Part shown: piece by piece, positions 1 to 13,700 of the stretch | How the letters are laid out: each line of letters opens with the position of its first letter | Position numbering within the stretch: the first letter of the stretch is position 1 | DNA from: Phoronis australis | Taxonomy: Eukaryota; Animalia; Phoronida | Length of the DNA: 64,000 bases | Direction: 5' to 3' | Assembly: GCA_002633005.1 (NCBI GenBank) | Contig: NMRA01000255.1 | Coordinates: forward strand, 529,600-593,599 | Position numbers and translations under genes: made by a program | The notes under the pieces: model-generated | Told to the model about the DNA's origin: nothing | Database searches by the model: none | Seen by the model: the letters and a program-made list of their open reading frames with translations, nothing else

Positions 1-971
1 TAGCCCGTAAAATCCATCGAAGTTAGGGTTACTCTACGGAAACAGGCTTGGAGTTTTGGAGTTTGAGGCTCGAACCCTCTTTTCTGGATCCGGAAACTGC
101 TAGAAATTCAAATGCTTTCTGCTGAAAACGTGGATCCAATCAAGTAGTTTCGAATGCCAGCTACATAACACATACGTCTGGACTTAGACTATGATTTTAG
201 TCACAGTGTAAAAGTATACTTTTGTAGGTCCTTGGTGTCAAGAATTTCCACACACATGTTTGCACTCATGACTGAGCCTTTGTGTCCGGCAGTGATCTGT
301 GTTGTTATTGCGACCCTGTCGTCCATTTATAACACAATGCGGTAGTCCAATAAAGGCGTTTGAAAGGTTTCCATATTGCTCGGGTGTATTCCGTATTGAC
401 ACCGCTTTCCCAAGTGAACTTTTGTCACGGCGTCTGTGCGGGACTCGGCATCGTCCGGCCGCGTTGCTGGGATCTGAACAGGGAGACTATAGGTTAACGT
501 GAGTACGCCGCAAATTAACCGAACACATGATTACACGGCTGGGCTTACACTCAGTCTTCCGGGTGACCTCTGACGCCACGAAATCCATACTATTAGTACA
601 GTGTTGAGTCTATTTTTCAACTACGATGCGTAACCGTGTACCACAAGCATTGATATCTTTTACGGATATCCCTGTCGATTCGCTGTAAGTTGGCCCTGTG
701 TGCGGTTGTAGTTGTAGTTAAGATTCTATGTCACCCAGTTCACGAGGAATGAACGCCGTTAATGAAAAAACACCCGACTTGCGTTCCGTAGTTCACTTAA
801 GTAAAATCTTCTGGTCGTTGCCGGAAACATTAGCCTGTCAGTGTTACCTCTTCACCCCACTGTTGCTGGCAGTGGACCTTGGGCGCTGAGTGCGCAGCAC
901 AAGCTGTAAAATGGGTTTCGTGAGTACCTTGGCCTGGCAATGTTTTTTTGAACTGACCTTCCCCCTCATGC

Positions 972-1375
972 ATCGTGGCGTACTTGTCAAATGTAAAAAG
1001 TCCCCGACTTAAAGTTGAACATTTTCGTGTAGTTTGACATTGCATGTGATGACAGAGTTCATGTGCATCGTGTCATCATTGCTAAAAATAATGTCTCAGT
1101 CGCTCAGTCATACTAATATGCACATTTATTGTTGGTCAAATTAAAAAAGAAAAAAGATCATAGTATCGTGGCGTGCTTATCAATTGTAAAAAGTCCCCGA
1201 CTTAAAGTTGAACATTTTCGTGTAGTTTGCCATTGCATGTAGTGGAAATGACAGAGTTCATGTGCATCGCGTTATTTTTGCTAACAAATAATCATCTCAG
1301 TCGCTCAGACTCTCAGTCGCTAATATGCACATTTATTGTTGGTCAAATTAAAAAAGAAAAAAAAACAAAAGATCA
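972..1375. repeat. Diverged tandem duplication, unit about 190 bp
   Basis: atcgtggcgt...tgtaaaaagtccccgacttaaagttgaacattttcgtgtagtttg...gttggtcaaattaaaaaagaaaaa occurs at about 972 and 1165. Confidence 0.85.
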
Positions 1376-4300
1376 CAAAAGGTGTAAAACAAAACATTTA
1401 AAAATCACACCGCCCCATAGTGTTAGAATGTGAACTACTTTTGACTGATTACAAATATTTGTATCATAAAATATGGATTTTCACTGAAACGATTTCAAAT
1501 GAAAGGGTATGGGAAGGATTGGGAGATTTGATTAACAAAAAGTACAACTTTCAAAATAATATTGACAAACTTCCATAGAACGCTGCCAAAGATTGATGCA
1601 CTTTGGGGCAGAAATGTTAAGAACTATAATGGAGCTTTTGTCGCAGTGGAAGAGCATTGTTAATGAACTTTGCCAGAAATGATGTAACTTTCTTTTGCGG
1701 TCAGCTGCTTTTGTGTCAGAGTTTTTAAACTCTGACATAAAAGCAGCGACGTTGTTACGTCTCATGACAGCGTGTTCCCGTTCAGTAACTTTACCAGACG
1801 TAAGGGGTTCTGAGCGTGTGATAACATCTAGCTTCTTTGTTAACTGCCAAGCCCACTCTTTTGTCTGTTATGACGACACGCTGGCCAATTATCTACCAGG
1901 CTTGTCACAGACCACGTGTGAACACAGTCAAACTCAAAGTGAATTGGTGTATTGGGAAAGAACAGATTGTCGTAACTTCGGTTGCAGTTGGACGATTTTG
2001 GCGATTCAAAAACTAAACATGATCACCATTTGACAAAGATTTCAGAAATGCTATTGGTTTATGGTTAAAAATATTATAACTAAACTTTTATTTTTTACAG
2101 CACAGCCCACTAGTCAGGGTAGATAGGAACTTATAGGAGATTAGAGCAATTATCGAACAAAAGAGAGCTGGCACTCCAACCTTAAATGCCAGAATGGAGT
2201 TAATCAGTCGTGTAAGATATTGGCTACAGGGGTAAACTTCCAAACTTGTTGTTGGGCTATAGAATCGAACAAGTTGGGAGCAACGAGAAAACACCGTATT
2301 GTAGTCGCTATTTCTTGCAGCCCTAAAAAGGAGCGCTGCATACTTTATGCTACGGAAAGAATTCACTAAATTGGCCTTTGCTACCAGCTCTACCGATGTT
2401 TCTGACCCATTCTTACGCAGTTCTTGACCTTGGGAAATAGGTAGTAACAAAATTCTTTATCTCGCTAACTGTTACTATAGCAGCCAGGCACACAATACGT
2501 ATAATCTCCCTGTGGCCGGTTCGCCCCCACTCTTGCCGACGTACTTGTTTACTGAATAATACCGCCTTAACCACAATGCAACATTCTGACCCATTTCGAA
2601 GATGGCAGCGTTGCAACTCCCGCTATTCGTCGATGTTATGCGTAGCCGTAGTGTCCGTTTTTGATTGGTCGCTGACTGGAAAACTGACCCACCGAAACGT
2701 CTGTATAATAGACTAGAGCTAGGTTGGCGATGTTTCTACATCATCGCCTCGAAGTACAGTTGTCGGAAGTCCTCAATCTGATGTTAATCATATAGTAATA
2801 CTTGAACATTCTAGCTAAGCGCTGCTGCCTAGAGCAAGGTTTTCGCTCAATAATCCTAGTGTTTCAAATGCTTCTGTTACCTCAGGGTCAAATTAAACAT
2901 GTTCTATGGTTGTTAGTAAGCTAAAACGGTCATACAAGTTATTTCAGAACAGTATATTTTTGTTAACATTTCTGGTCGACGCTGTATTATCTGAGTGGCA
3001 TTGGGATTTGTTGTCTAACTAGGTTGTCCAGCACTGCGTGTTATGTTCGTTACTTTATTGCGTCGTTGTTAAAATCAATATCTGAAAGGGTGCAACAATA
3101 CACGTCGGCAAGTGATATGTACTGCCAACTAAATTATATCCACACCTTCTTCATGATATGAGGTAAGAGATCTTTTTATCGAACGTTCGCTTTGCTCTCC
3201 CGACGGTTGTCCATGCACGGGTTCATTCAAGATCATTGCTTACACGCCACCAACACGGCAGAAAAATAACTAGGCAAGAAATACTTGACAACACCTTATT
3301 CCCTATGTTGAAAATGGCACATTTCTGTTGACGGTTTTTGAGTCCTTACTGCCACGAAAAACCTGTGCTCAATGAGCAACTCAGGTGTTTACCGCACGGT
3401 GGCTCTGTTTTGCTATGCTTGTGCTCTTCTTACCGTGTGACATACATTCACATCCTCTGCTTGTATGCACCTCTACGTGCTGTCACCGTTTATTTCATCG
3501 TTTATTTCGTTTCCTAAATGTGCATTTCACCCATTGCCCGGTGATGAGACACGTGGTCTCGAAATATAGCTAGTATTTTAACTTGGTTTCCGTCCGTTAT
3601 GTCGTTTGGTGTTTGCTTCATAACTGCACGTCTGAAGACAGGACATTGTTTAGGGGCTAGTAGCGAGTATCTGCCTTACACTAATAAAGTGATAATCGTG
3701 CTTTCAGCCAAGTATGTATATTTGAGGAAGCTGGTGGCAGATGTTAGCCGAATCTGCCACCATAAACAAGGGTTCGCGGAACGACAGCCTGCATCTCAAA
3801 ATGCTCGTCAACTCCAAATTCGCAAATTTACCTTATCGACGTAATATTCCGAGACCAGTGTAGAATTATACAGATATATGAATACCTAGTATTCGAGTAA
3901 ATAAAATGTTCTGTGGCGGGAAAAATCAAAACGAGATAGTCCATTTACTCAACCATTTATCGAGTTACCGCATCGTAAATGTTGCCACAGAACATTTTAC
4001 GAGTCAAAAAGCGCACCAGATAACCCTAGGGCTGGCATCCTTTCCAAATGTTGATTGATACCTTCATTCCAAACTATTCTATTATATGACATGAAGGATT
4101 TTAAGTCTACATTGATAGGCGTAATTAACAAATTTCATGATTTCACGGAAAGTACCCACAGCTTAGTAGTATTATTGCTGCAGATGTTTTAACGTTAAAG
4201 TAAAATTGGGTCACCTTTAGGCTTTGTCTACACTCAGTCTAATGACTGTCGTCTTCACAGTTTCAGTGTCTTATTTGTATGACTTTTTATCTCGATTACA

Positions 4301-6643
4301 ATTGTGTCCTAGCTCTAATTGTCTTTAAGGTCCGATTTGTTGATGGAATGGAAAACATACGAGGCGTCGGATATCACATTCGCCGAGAGTCGTCGGTATC
4401 GGCATGTTTTACTGCCAAATCTTCCGTAATTCTTTCTCATGTGGGAGTTCGTGGTCAGCCACTTTGTTTTCACCTAATGATAAACGTAACCTTGACATTC
4501 CCCACAGAAAATTGTGGTAACTAACACAGTTGTTTTTACACACTCGACAATGCATGGTGAACTGAAGTTTCGTGAAATCTCACACCTGTAATTCAACACT
4601 CAAGATGAGCCGATCTGACCTGCTCGTTTGCGTTTTAATCAAATTTACCGGACTGTTCGGTAGCCTGTTTATATAATAGCTTCAACAGACTCGGTCATAC
4701 ATTCCAGAAAAATCCGTGACTGTATGCGTGATTCAGCATTTTAGTTGCTTACTCGCATCGCTGGCTCGTGAAAGATAGGAAATAATTCACCACACATACG
4801 ACTTGTCTGTGTGCCGCATTGCTTGAAAAACCTGATGTCTGGTAGCTGACAGCAAAGTTATAAGGCATGCCTGAACGAGTGCAAGTGCAAATCTGTGGAC
4901 TCAGTGAGGATGAATTTGTCGGGTTTTCTGTGTGTACTCGTTTTTTGTTGCTCTTTCGATGTAGAGGTTTTCAGTTGTTCGAAGCGTATGGGTATATTTC
5001 TGTATCTAAATGAACGAACGCGTACTTCTATCATTTCGCCGGGTATGAGTGATGACTGCAGAGATAACTCAAATGTCATGCATTGTATTCGCTAAACGCA
5101 AGAGCGCACTTTTTGTGACTGAGACAGGTGAGTTATTCCTTTTAGGCACGGAAAGCGAACACAAACAAAAACAGCGTTCCGGAGACGTTTTAATGTTATT
5201 TACCATTTGCGAGAGATTTGATCGCTGGGTAAGGTGCATGCAATAGTTGCCGTAGCTTTCTTCCAATTGTTCAATATAACATGTTCATTTTGTGATGTCG
5301 TACAAGGCACGGTCAACCCATACCATTGGTAATTCAACTCAAGAAATTTATTTTTCGTACATCACCTGATTTGGTTTGTGAAAGAAAAACACATTCATGA
5401 CCTTATATTCACCGGTCAAAACATCTGAAAAATTTATACAGGGTGTCCAGAAATGTTCTCAAAATATTGTAAAATATGAGTACCAGGATACGTTTTTAAT
5501 CGTTACAGAGAAATGGGTAAATTTGAGAACCAGTTTCTTCCACTGAATATCAGGCATCAATCTGGTTCTCACTCCGAGGTCCCTGAAAGAGACTATTGCT
5601 GAGAAAAGCGTTGTCGGGTTTTGGATCGATGCGCCACCAGTTGCACAGCTCCTGCGCAGAAATCGAAAATTTTTAGCAAAGTTGATATGCAAAGACGGGG
5701 AACATTTAAATGAACTGTTTCTATCTCATGTGGTGGGAACTGTGTTCTATTTGAATATGGGACGCAGGCGTTGAAAATTGTACTGGTTGTGTCATGTGTG
5801 GAGCAGGCCACGAATGCAAGTGAGCAGAGTGAAAATATCTGTTCATCGTTTGTCTGCGTTATTAAACTCATTGGTATTTTGCGTAATCTGTACCTTGCAA
5901 AAGAAACTTTGGTATGCTTGGAATACAAAAAAACGCTGTTAGTTCCCAGTAAAACCATTATCCGTTATTCGCATAGCAGAGTATCTCCTGAACAGTTTGG
6001 GCGCCCTTTATATTTCATGTTGACATTAACTGTGGATAAAAATGTCTGAACGTGCAGTTTGTTTTCTTCAATAAGTCTGCAGCTGTGTGGTATTATTGCT
6101 TAATTTTTCTGAATCCGCAAAATCCACCCAGGTATTCTCAAAGGACGATTATCTAGCAAGTGCACGGGCTGTGAACACGTTTTGTACCTCAATTCTTTGA
6201 AACTACGAACCATATCCTGTGGCTTTGGTTTGATGACTCATGTATCATAGTTGCTCACAACTCTTTGGTTCGCTGCAATTAGTGGACTCAAATTAAGAAG
6301 AAACGCCACATACACGAGACAGATAAAATCGAAACTATGGCAAAATCAAAAGTTCAAGAGGGAATTACGTAAAACATAATGGTTGTATTGGATCATGTGT
6401 TATCAGTGAGAGGCAAATAAAGTAACACTCCGGCTGCTGTAGCAAGATTCTGACGTGTTTAAGACATACCAGCAGTTGAGGCCGGCATATTGAACTAGGC
6501 ATTTGCTTGTTTGTTATTAAATAGAATTGAGGGTGAACGACATGTTTTATAAGAATGGCCCTTGTATAATTAATTGAGGAAACAATACAAGATAAATCTA
6601 GGTGTTAGTGTGAAAGAGACGTATTGGGAATTTTATTTCTCAG

Positions 6644-6717
6644 TGTTTTATTTATAACGGCTAGCGCAGACGAATATCTATGAAATGGGCTGACAGCTCG
6701 CGTCAAGGCGAGAACAA
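6644..6717 (+). other. Candidate non-coding 5' UTR exon of SLC22-like gene
   Basis: ttttatttctcag acceptor and GTAAGT donor upstream of the unpaired acceptor at 10299; no transcript evidence. Confidence 0.25.
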
Positions 6718-8572
6718 GTAAGTGAACTCACTTTTTGTTGTCGTATTTTCACACCTGATATGTGAGCTGTCAACTCAGCTATGGTTCAACAGGCACTCGA
6801 GGTAGACAACTCAGCTCTCAGCCATCCGTATGCGCTAGCTGTTAATACTCAGACGGTCGCCCTCCTTTGATGGAGATTACCGAAGGTCTCAGAACTCGGT
6901 CTAAATCATAGCTTTTGTCTTAGTGAATGTGTAACGATGCTAATGATGACAACCGACTGTCTGTCCTCGTTTCTCTCTTCATGATGCTGAACGACGGTGT
7001 ATACACCTACCTTGGATAAAACGACACGGAAAGTCTCTAGTATTTACTTGCTAGTTGAGCGACTTGCAAGTGGCAGACGCGCTGACCCCTAACGATGGCT
7101 CATGACAGCGAAACTTTCTAAAAACTTACCGTCTTTGTCTTTGTGCGAACGAGGCACAACAAAGAAACATGTAAGAGCGGCTGTAAACAAGCCTTCCATC
7201 TCAAAGACATGTTTTGATTTAGCCAACTTACTGCTATGAAGTTGGTTTTAATTATGTTCAGTCAAAATACATGACTCGCTGGTTCCTGCGTGCCGCTAGG
7301 TAGTCAGTAGCCAGCACGCAGGTATCACTTAATTTTCCTCGGGAAATTTTTTTACACCGGTTTCTGGCTACTAGTCAAATTCTCAACAGGCAGCGCTTTA
7401 CGCAAACAAACTGGCATGAGTGATGGACTGAAATGTAAATGTGGTATTTTGTACAGACAAATTGGTGCTTAAAATATATGTTCAAGAAATGTGAATCCTA
7501 GAAATTGTTGCGCCTTTTCGGAGTGCATCAGTCGTTGTTTGCGTAAAGCGCTGCCTGGCTGCCTGTCACGCTAGTGGCTGTTCTTGCTGCGACAGTTATG
7601 GTGTCATTCAGTGCCTTAGCCAGAACAAAATCGATCCGTTTCAAGCCACCAGATGAGGTTGCATTATGATGCCTTGTGGTTGAGTTAATATTAGAAACTG
7701 CTCAGCACTCGTGGACATGATNNNNNNNNNNNNNNNNNNNNNNNNNNNNNNNNNNNNNNNNNNNNNNNNNNNNNNNNNNNNNNNNNNNNNNNNNNNNNNN
7801 NNNNNNNNNNNNNNNNNNNNNNNNNNNNNNNNNNNNNNNNNNNNNNNNNNNNNNNNNNNNNNNNNNNNNNNNNNNNNNNNNNNNNNNNNNNNNNNNNNNN
7901 NNNNNNNNNNNNNNNNNNNNNNNNNNNNNNNNNNNNNNNNNNNNNNNNNNNNNNNNNNNNNNNNNNNNNNNNNNNNNNNNNNNNNNNNNNNNNNNNNNNN
8001 NNNNNNNNNNNNNNNNNNNNNNNNNNNNNNNNNNNNNNNNNNNNNNNNNNNNNNNNNNNNNNNNNNNNNNNNNNNNNNNNNNNNNNNNNNNNNNNNNNNN
8101 NNNNNNNNNNNNNNNNNNNNNNNNNNNNNNNNNNNNNNNNNNNNNNNNNNNNNNNNNNNNNNNNNNNNNNNNNNNNNNNNNNNNNNNNNNNNNNNNNNNN
8201 NNNNNNNNNNNNNNNNNNNNNNNNNNNNNNNNNNNNNNNNNNNNNNNNNNNNNNNNNNNNNNNNNNNNNNNNNNNNNNNNNNNNNNNNNNNNNNNNNNNN
8301 NNNNNNNNNNNNNNNNNNNNNNNNNNNNNNNNNNNNNNNNNNNNNNNNNNNNNNNNNNNNNNNNNNNNNNNNNNNNNNNNNNNNNNNNNNNNNNNNNNNN
8401 NNNNNNNNNNNNNNNNNNNNNNNNNNNNNNNNNNNNNNNNNNNNNNNNNNNNNNNNNNNNNNNNNNNNNNNNNNNNNNNNNNNNNNNNNNNNNNNNNNNN
8501 NNNNNNNNNNNNNNNNNNNNNNNNNNNNNNGTTATGAAGTTGGTTTTAATTATGTTCAGTCAAAATACATGA

Positions 8573-8984
8573 CTCGCTGGTTCCTGCGTGCCGCTAGGTA
8601 GTCAGTAGTCAGCACGCAGGTATCACTTAATTTTCCTCGGGAAATTTTTTACACCGGTTTCTGGCTACTAGTCGAATTCTCAACAGGCAGCGCTTTACGC
8701 AAACAAAGTGGCATGAGTGATGGACTGAAATGTAAATGTGGTATGTTGTACAGACAAATTGGTGCTTAAAATTTATGTTCAAAAAATGTGAATCCTAGAA
8801 ATTGTTGCGCCTTTTCGGAGTGCATCAGTCATTGTTTGCGTAAAGCGCTGCCTGGCTGCCTGTTGAGAATTCTACTTGCCAATCAGAAACGCCGGTGTAA
8901 AAAAATTTCCCGCGGAAAATTTAGTGATACCTGCGTGCTGGCGCGGCTACCGCCCCACCTAGCGGCACGCAGGGAACCAGCGAG
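8573..8984. mobile_element. Palindromic MITE with long TIRs (truncated copy at 7275-7566)
   Basis: ctcgctggttcc(c)tgcgtgccgctaggt...cagcacgcaggtatcact mirrored by agtgatacctgcgtgctg...acctagcggcacgcagggaaccagcgag. Confidence 0.75.
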
Positions 8985-9103
8985 AAGCGCGTGCCACTGC
9001 GTGACACCTGCGTGCTGGCTAGGGGACCATCGAGAATACATGATGGCGTGATTTCGGTGCTCGGGAAAACACTGTTGGTTCGTTATTATCCACGCCTGGA
9101 TAG

Positions 9104-9237
9104 AGTTCAGTAAAGGTAGGACCTACACTAGGGTCTCGATAAAATCTAGCCAAGATCACGGGTTCTTATTTAAAATACACGGCAATATCTGACGTAATCT
9201 TTCGAAGTCTTGCTTTTAAGCGTGATCCTATAGCGTT
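9104..9237 (-). mobile_element. Short hairpin MITE family H, reverse-oriented diverged copy
   Basis: reverse complement of core gagattacgtgagatattgccgtgtatttt seen at 54863, 58836 and 59086. Confidence 0.65.
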
Positions 9238-9915
9238 TCGGGAAGTCAGGAACTTTGCTCAGAGTTTACATGTTGACTTGTCACTGCGTGTAATTTTATT
9301 CTCCAAGCATGGTCTCAAGGAATATAACGAACTGTCAGTTCTTTGCAAGATCAAAAAACACTTCTGAGTAAGGAATCATTTGAGACCAGTTTTACAAAGG
9401 TTAGCTGTCTAAATCAAAACTTAATTTATTCCTCCGGAATGCGGGTTTGATTGATGTCACGCTAGTGGCTGTTCTTGCTGCGACAGTTATGGTGTCATTC
9501 AGTGCCTTAGCCAGAACAAAATCGATCCGTTTCAAGCCACCAGATGAGGTTGCATTATGACGCCTTGTGGTTGAGTTAATATTAGAAACTGCTCAGCACT
9601 CGTGGACATGATATTTTGCGCAGTCGTGTTGGAAAAACTAACGTCCGTATGCTATTGGTGCGCGCTAAATTTACGATATTTTGAGTTAAAATTGTGGAAG
9701 TGTTACTCCGCATTCAGTTAAAAAAATAATTTGCGATTAAAACCAACATTTTATTTTTCACTTCTTTTGTCTACGACGCACGTGCATATTTGCGTATATG
9801 CAAGCTATGCCCTTGAAGAAACAAAAAGAATGGGTCACACTCACATACCACAACTTGCCGCAGATAGGGATGTCAAAATGACATAGTGCTGGGGTAAATC
9901 GTTGTTAAAATATGT

Positions 9916-9918
<3 letters not shown>

Positions 9919-9953
<35 letters not shown>

Positions 9954-10022
9954 NNNNNNNNNNNNNNNNNNNNNNNNNNNNNNNNNNNNNNNNNNNNNNN
10001 NNNNNNNNNNNNNNNNNNNNNN

Positions 10023-10092
<70 letters not shown>
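9919..10092. repeat. (TA)n microsatellite containing a gap
   Basis: long tatata run on both sides of Ns. Confidence 0.97.
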
Positions 10093-10094
<2 letters not shown>

Positions 10095-10361
10095 ATCCCT
10101 TTTCTTTTATAATTGTGTAGTCGGACTAATCTTATTAGTATAATTGGCGTTTTTATTATTATTGTTGTTAGTGTTATTATTATTACTGTTTTTGTTATTA
10201 TTTTTCATTGCTACTGTAGGCTATGGAAAGACTGCATTTACATTGAGATGTACGTGTTTATATGTGTCATATTAAATGTCTAATCTCCTTCTATCATAGG
10301 CATAAGTAAACGTAAGAGATACCAGTGTTGATTCGAGGCGGATAACATAAGTCACGTGATC

Positions 10362-10730
10362 ATGAGTGACCGCGAATACGACAAAGTGTGTACTGACGAG
10401 CGAGAGTCGAAAAGGAGAATGGACGACTTAGAGTCAGTTCTGGATGGAATCGGAAGTTTCGGCTTATTTCAAATTTTGCTGATCATCATAGCAAATATAT
10501 CAGATGCTCCTGCCTCGTGGGGCATGTTGTTTATGACTCTAGGTGGCGCTACTCCAGATTGGTGGTGTTTTGAAGACTCGTCAATCCAAGGTAACAAAAA
10601 TCTTTGGAGTGGTGGGAACGACACCAGGAATGGAATCAATGCAAGTGAACGGTTGTTTTATTGCCCTGCCAACGGCACGATGTGTCCAAATCTAACCTTC
10701 TCCAATGAATTCAATTCTCTTATTTCTGAG
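10362..10730 (+). CDS. SLC22-like coding exon 1
   Basis: MSDREYDKV...GSFGLFQ...FNSLISE then GTAAGT; upstream acceptor AG at 10298-10299 implies a non-coding 5' exon. Confidence 0.9.
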
Positions 10731-13700
10731 GTAAGTCTAAAGTATGTCGATGTTCGAGGTTTAATTAATTAAGCTGAATTCAGAGGTGAGATTGGCATTT
10801 TCGATACTGTGACTCTCTTTGTCGGTTTTCTCACAGAGGCCGGTCGCTGTTAAAGCTAGAGGATGAGATATGATGAAATTAGAAAATGTCTGTTTTTTAG
10901 TACAGGCCTGGTCTGTGATGAATTTGTGACCTCAGTGAAGACATTATGACGCTTGTGCTATATTGAACTCCCCTTTTTCGCAGAGGTAAAAACATTGCAT
11001 GACTCAACTACTTTGCTAAATGTTAGGCATTCCTGAGCTGTCAACAATAGAAGAACAATATAATGCGCATCCTGTACTGATATTTGCCCGTTTTGCCAAT
11101 TTCTCGATGCCGGCATTGCAATCCAATATGTATAATCGCTCAAGTTTGCCTGCATGCAATCGTTAATGACATATTAATTAGGATCTGACTGAGATAGTGA
11201 CGCGTACACTTCCAGGCTTAGCACTATAATGGTCTCGGATTTTGAGAACCAGTTTTGATGCCCGTTATTCAGTTGGTCAAACTGGTTATCAAAATGCGGG
11301 ATCCTGTTGGGGATTATCACCCACTTCCAAGTGGAGAAGCAGGACAAGTGGCTGGCACACGTGTTGTTCTGTGGATGCCTTAGAAAGAGTGATGCTGTAC
11401 TGTTTTAGGAGGGACGGTATTGACAAGAGTATCTAAGTCTTGAGATTATCACTTACGGCGAGTTTCTGATAAGCGTTGGTCAGAGGCCGAATATGCAAAA
11501 CGTCTGAAACAAATAAACGCTTGGCATTTGATTAGAAACTACAAGATGCGAAATAATATAAAGATCTCTCAATAACTTCAGGCCGAATCTCTTGTAAACA
11601 CGCAGGCGGACAGCTTCAATTGACTGCATCAGTTTGGGTGTGCGATGTTGCTGTTCATTCTAAGGTCAAATATGTGCTTATAGGTTAAGTTAGTATTTAG
11701 AATGACACAAGAGAGCTTGCTAAATTTTCATTAACTTCGACATAAAGTTACAACTTTTATGTGAAGCCCTCGGGTTATCTTATGAAAACATGCCCTTCTC
11801 CGGCTAATTGGAATTCGCTGTAATTTTGTAATGATGATGAATTTGTCGTCTTTTCTTAACCACTACTGATTTTTTGAGTCTGCAAGTAGGATGGATGTAA
11901 ACACCGAGGCCAGGTAATATGCAACCACGATCAAACAAATTTGAGATTGCCTCAGTATCCAGCTTTCGGTCAGGGTTATGTGTTTGGAATATGACTCGAA
12001 TAATTGCTGCACAGAGTTCTTTCTCTTTCTTACAGTGGAACCTCGTCTGCAGTCAGAAATGGGCGGCAGGGATCATTACCACAATCCAGATGGTTGGCGT
12101 GATGCTTGGAGCTATGGTGGCTGGGCAGTTGGGAGATCTGATTGGCCGCAAGAAGTCCTTCTTCCTTATCTACTTCTGTCTTCTTCTCACGACTCTCGCG
12201 CAGGCATTCGCCAACTCCATTGAACTCTACACCGCAATTCGGTTCTTCGTTGGGATATGCACAGGGGGAGTACTACTCATCAGTTTTGTCATTCCCGTAG
12301 AGTACATCGGCTCTCACCACAGGGTGTTCAGCAATGTGGCACCATTTTGGGCCTTCGGCATGATGATTCACGCTCTCGTAGGCTACTTGGTGCGAGACTG
12401 GAGGATGCAAGCTATAACGTTGGCAGCGCTTGGTGTCCCGTATCTCTTCTTCTGGTGGTGAGAGTTTAAACAAATTGAATATCTATCCTGTATGGAAAGC
12501 CAAAGCGGAAGAAATTCTAGGACGCAAATTTTCTATTTCACGAATTAAATTCTCTACAGGACAAAAAATGTACTCAAAACCAAAATTCATCGCGCCAGAA
12601 CCTATAATTTATCACGTCAGGACCGAAAATTTATCACGCCAGGACACAAAATTTATCACGCCAGGATATAGAATTTCCTGCCAGGAGAAATTTTCTTGCC
12701 AGGAGAAAATTTCATGTCAAGAGACCACGTGACAATGACGATCAGCTGTGTCTCTGTAATACTCGGACGTATTCAAGTCCAGTGTGTCCATGTGTATATT
12801 GGCTTCTGCTGTGGAAGAGACGACAGAAATATTCAACCTCGATAATGCGCCAGTCGTCGGCGAGACATTGCGTACCTATTACGTCATCTCTTTGAGGGGT
12901 CACGTGTACGTGGTCTCTTGGCATAAAATTTTTCTGACCTGTGAAACTTTCCGGACGTAATAAATTTTGTGTCTTGGCGTGATAAAGTTTCGGTCTTCAC
13001 GTGTTAAATTTTGATCCTGGCGTGATAAATTTTGGTTTTGAGTACATCTTTTGGTCCTGCAGAAAATTAAAATTCTTTAATAGAAAATTTGTGTCCTGGA
13101 TTTTTTTCTGCTTGGGCTTTCCATCTTCGTGCAATTTTTATTAGCTCACACGTGCAGTAGGTACATAAATATAGCCTTAATGTGACGACACCACTCCACG
13201 TATGCTTTAGTTTTTGACCCAATCGTCTCGTCGTATCCGTTGTACATGGTTGTCAAAGCTCCACAATTGACAAAGTCGTTTAGACCCTTCACGCCAGAGA
13301 TTTATTGCAGGATGCACTGGTGTAACTAAATTTTCAAATGGCTTCAGTTCATTTATAGCACCCCCTGCTTTCAACTCGGTATTCTTAATCCACTGATTAT
13401 TTTTCAAATGGTTTGACTGATTTTGATGCCGAAAGTTTTGTCACTTTGGAAGTGGGAATGTATGTTGTGATGATGGACCAACACCTCATTGGAGATATTT
13501 GGATGACTTTAACTGTCTCACCACACATCAATGTATATATTTGTTTTCGACTAGAATTTTTTACCTTCGTCTGCTTCCAGGTATTGTTCAAGTACGATTT
13601 GCACAAAAATAATTTTGGCCATTTGCGAGTCACTATGGTGGGCGCATGTCAACTCACGGTTGTTCATGTTTCAAATATCACCTTAAGTGGGACGTGATTT

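Larger units (their letters stand above)
7234..9612. repeat. Near-identical direct duplication flanking an N gap (7234-7721 vs 8533-9612)
   Basis: 7234-7566 matches 8533-8863 and 7564-7721 matches 9455-9612. Confidence 0.85.

Noticed and set aside
5436-5700. Tc1/mariner-like left end (TACAGGGTGTCC)
   Set aside because: No matching right TIR or transposase remnant found
1-7200. Coding exons upstream of the SLC22 gene
   Set aside because: No recognisable protein motifs; isolated donor-like sites (499, 3163, 6718) may be UTR exons but cannot be supported
7711-8601. 296-aa ORF in the track
   Set aside because: Almost entirely N gap
9902-10120. YI-repeat ORFs
   Set aside because: Translation of a (TA)n microsatellite and a gap
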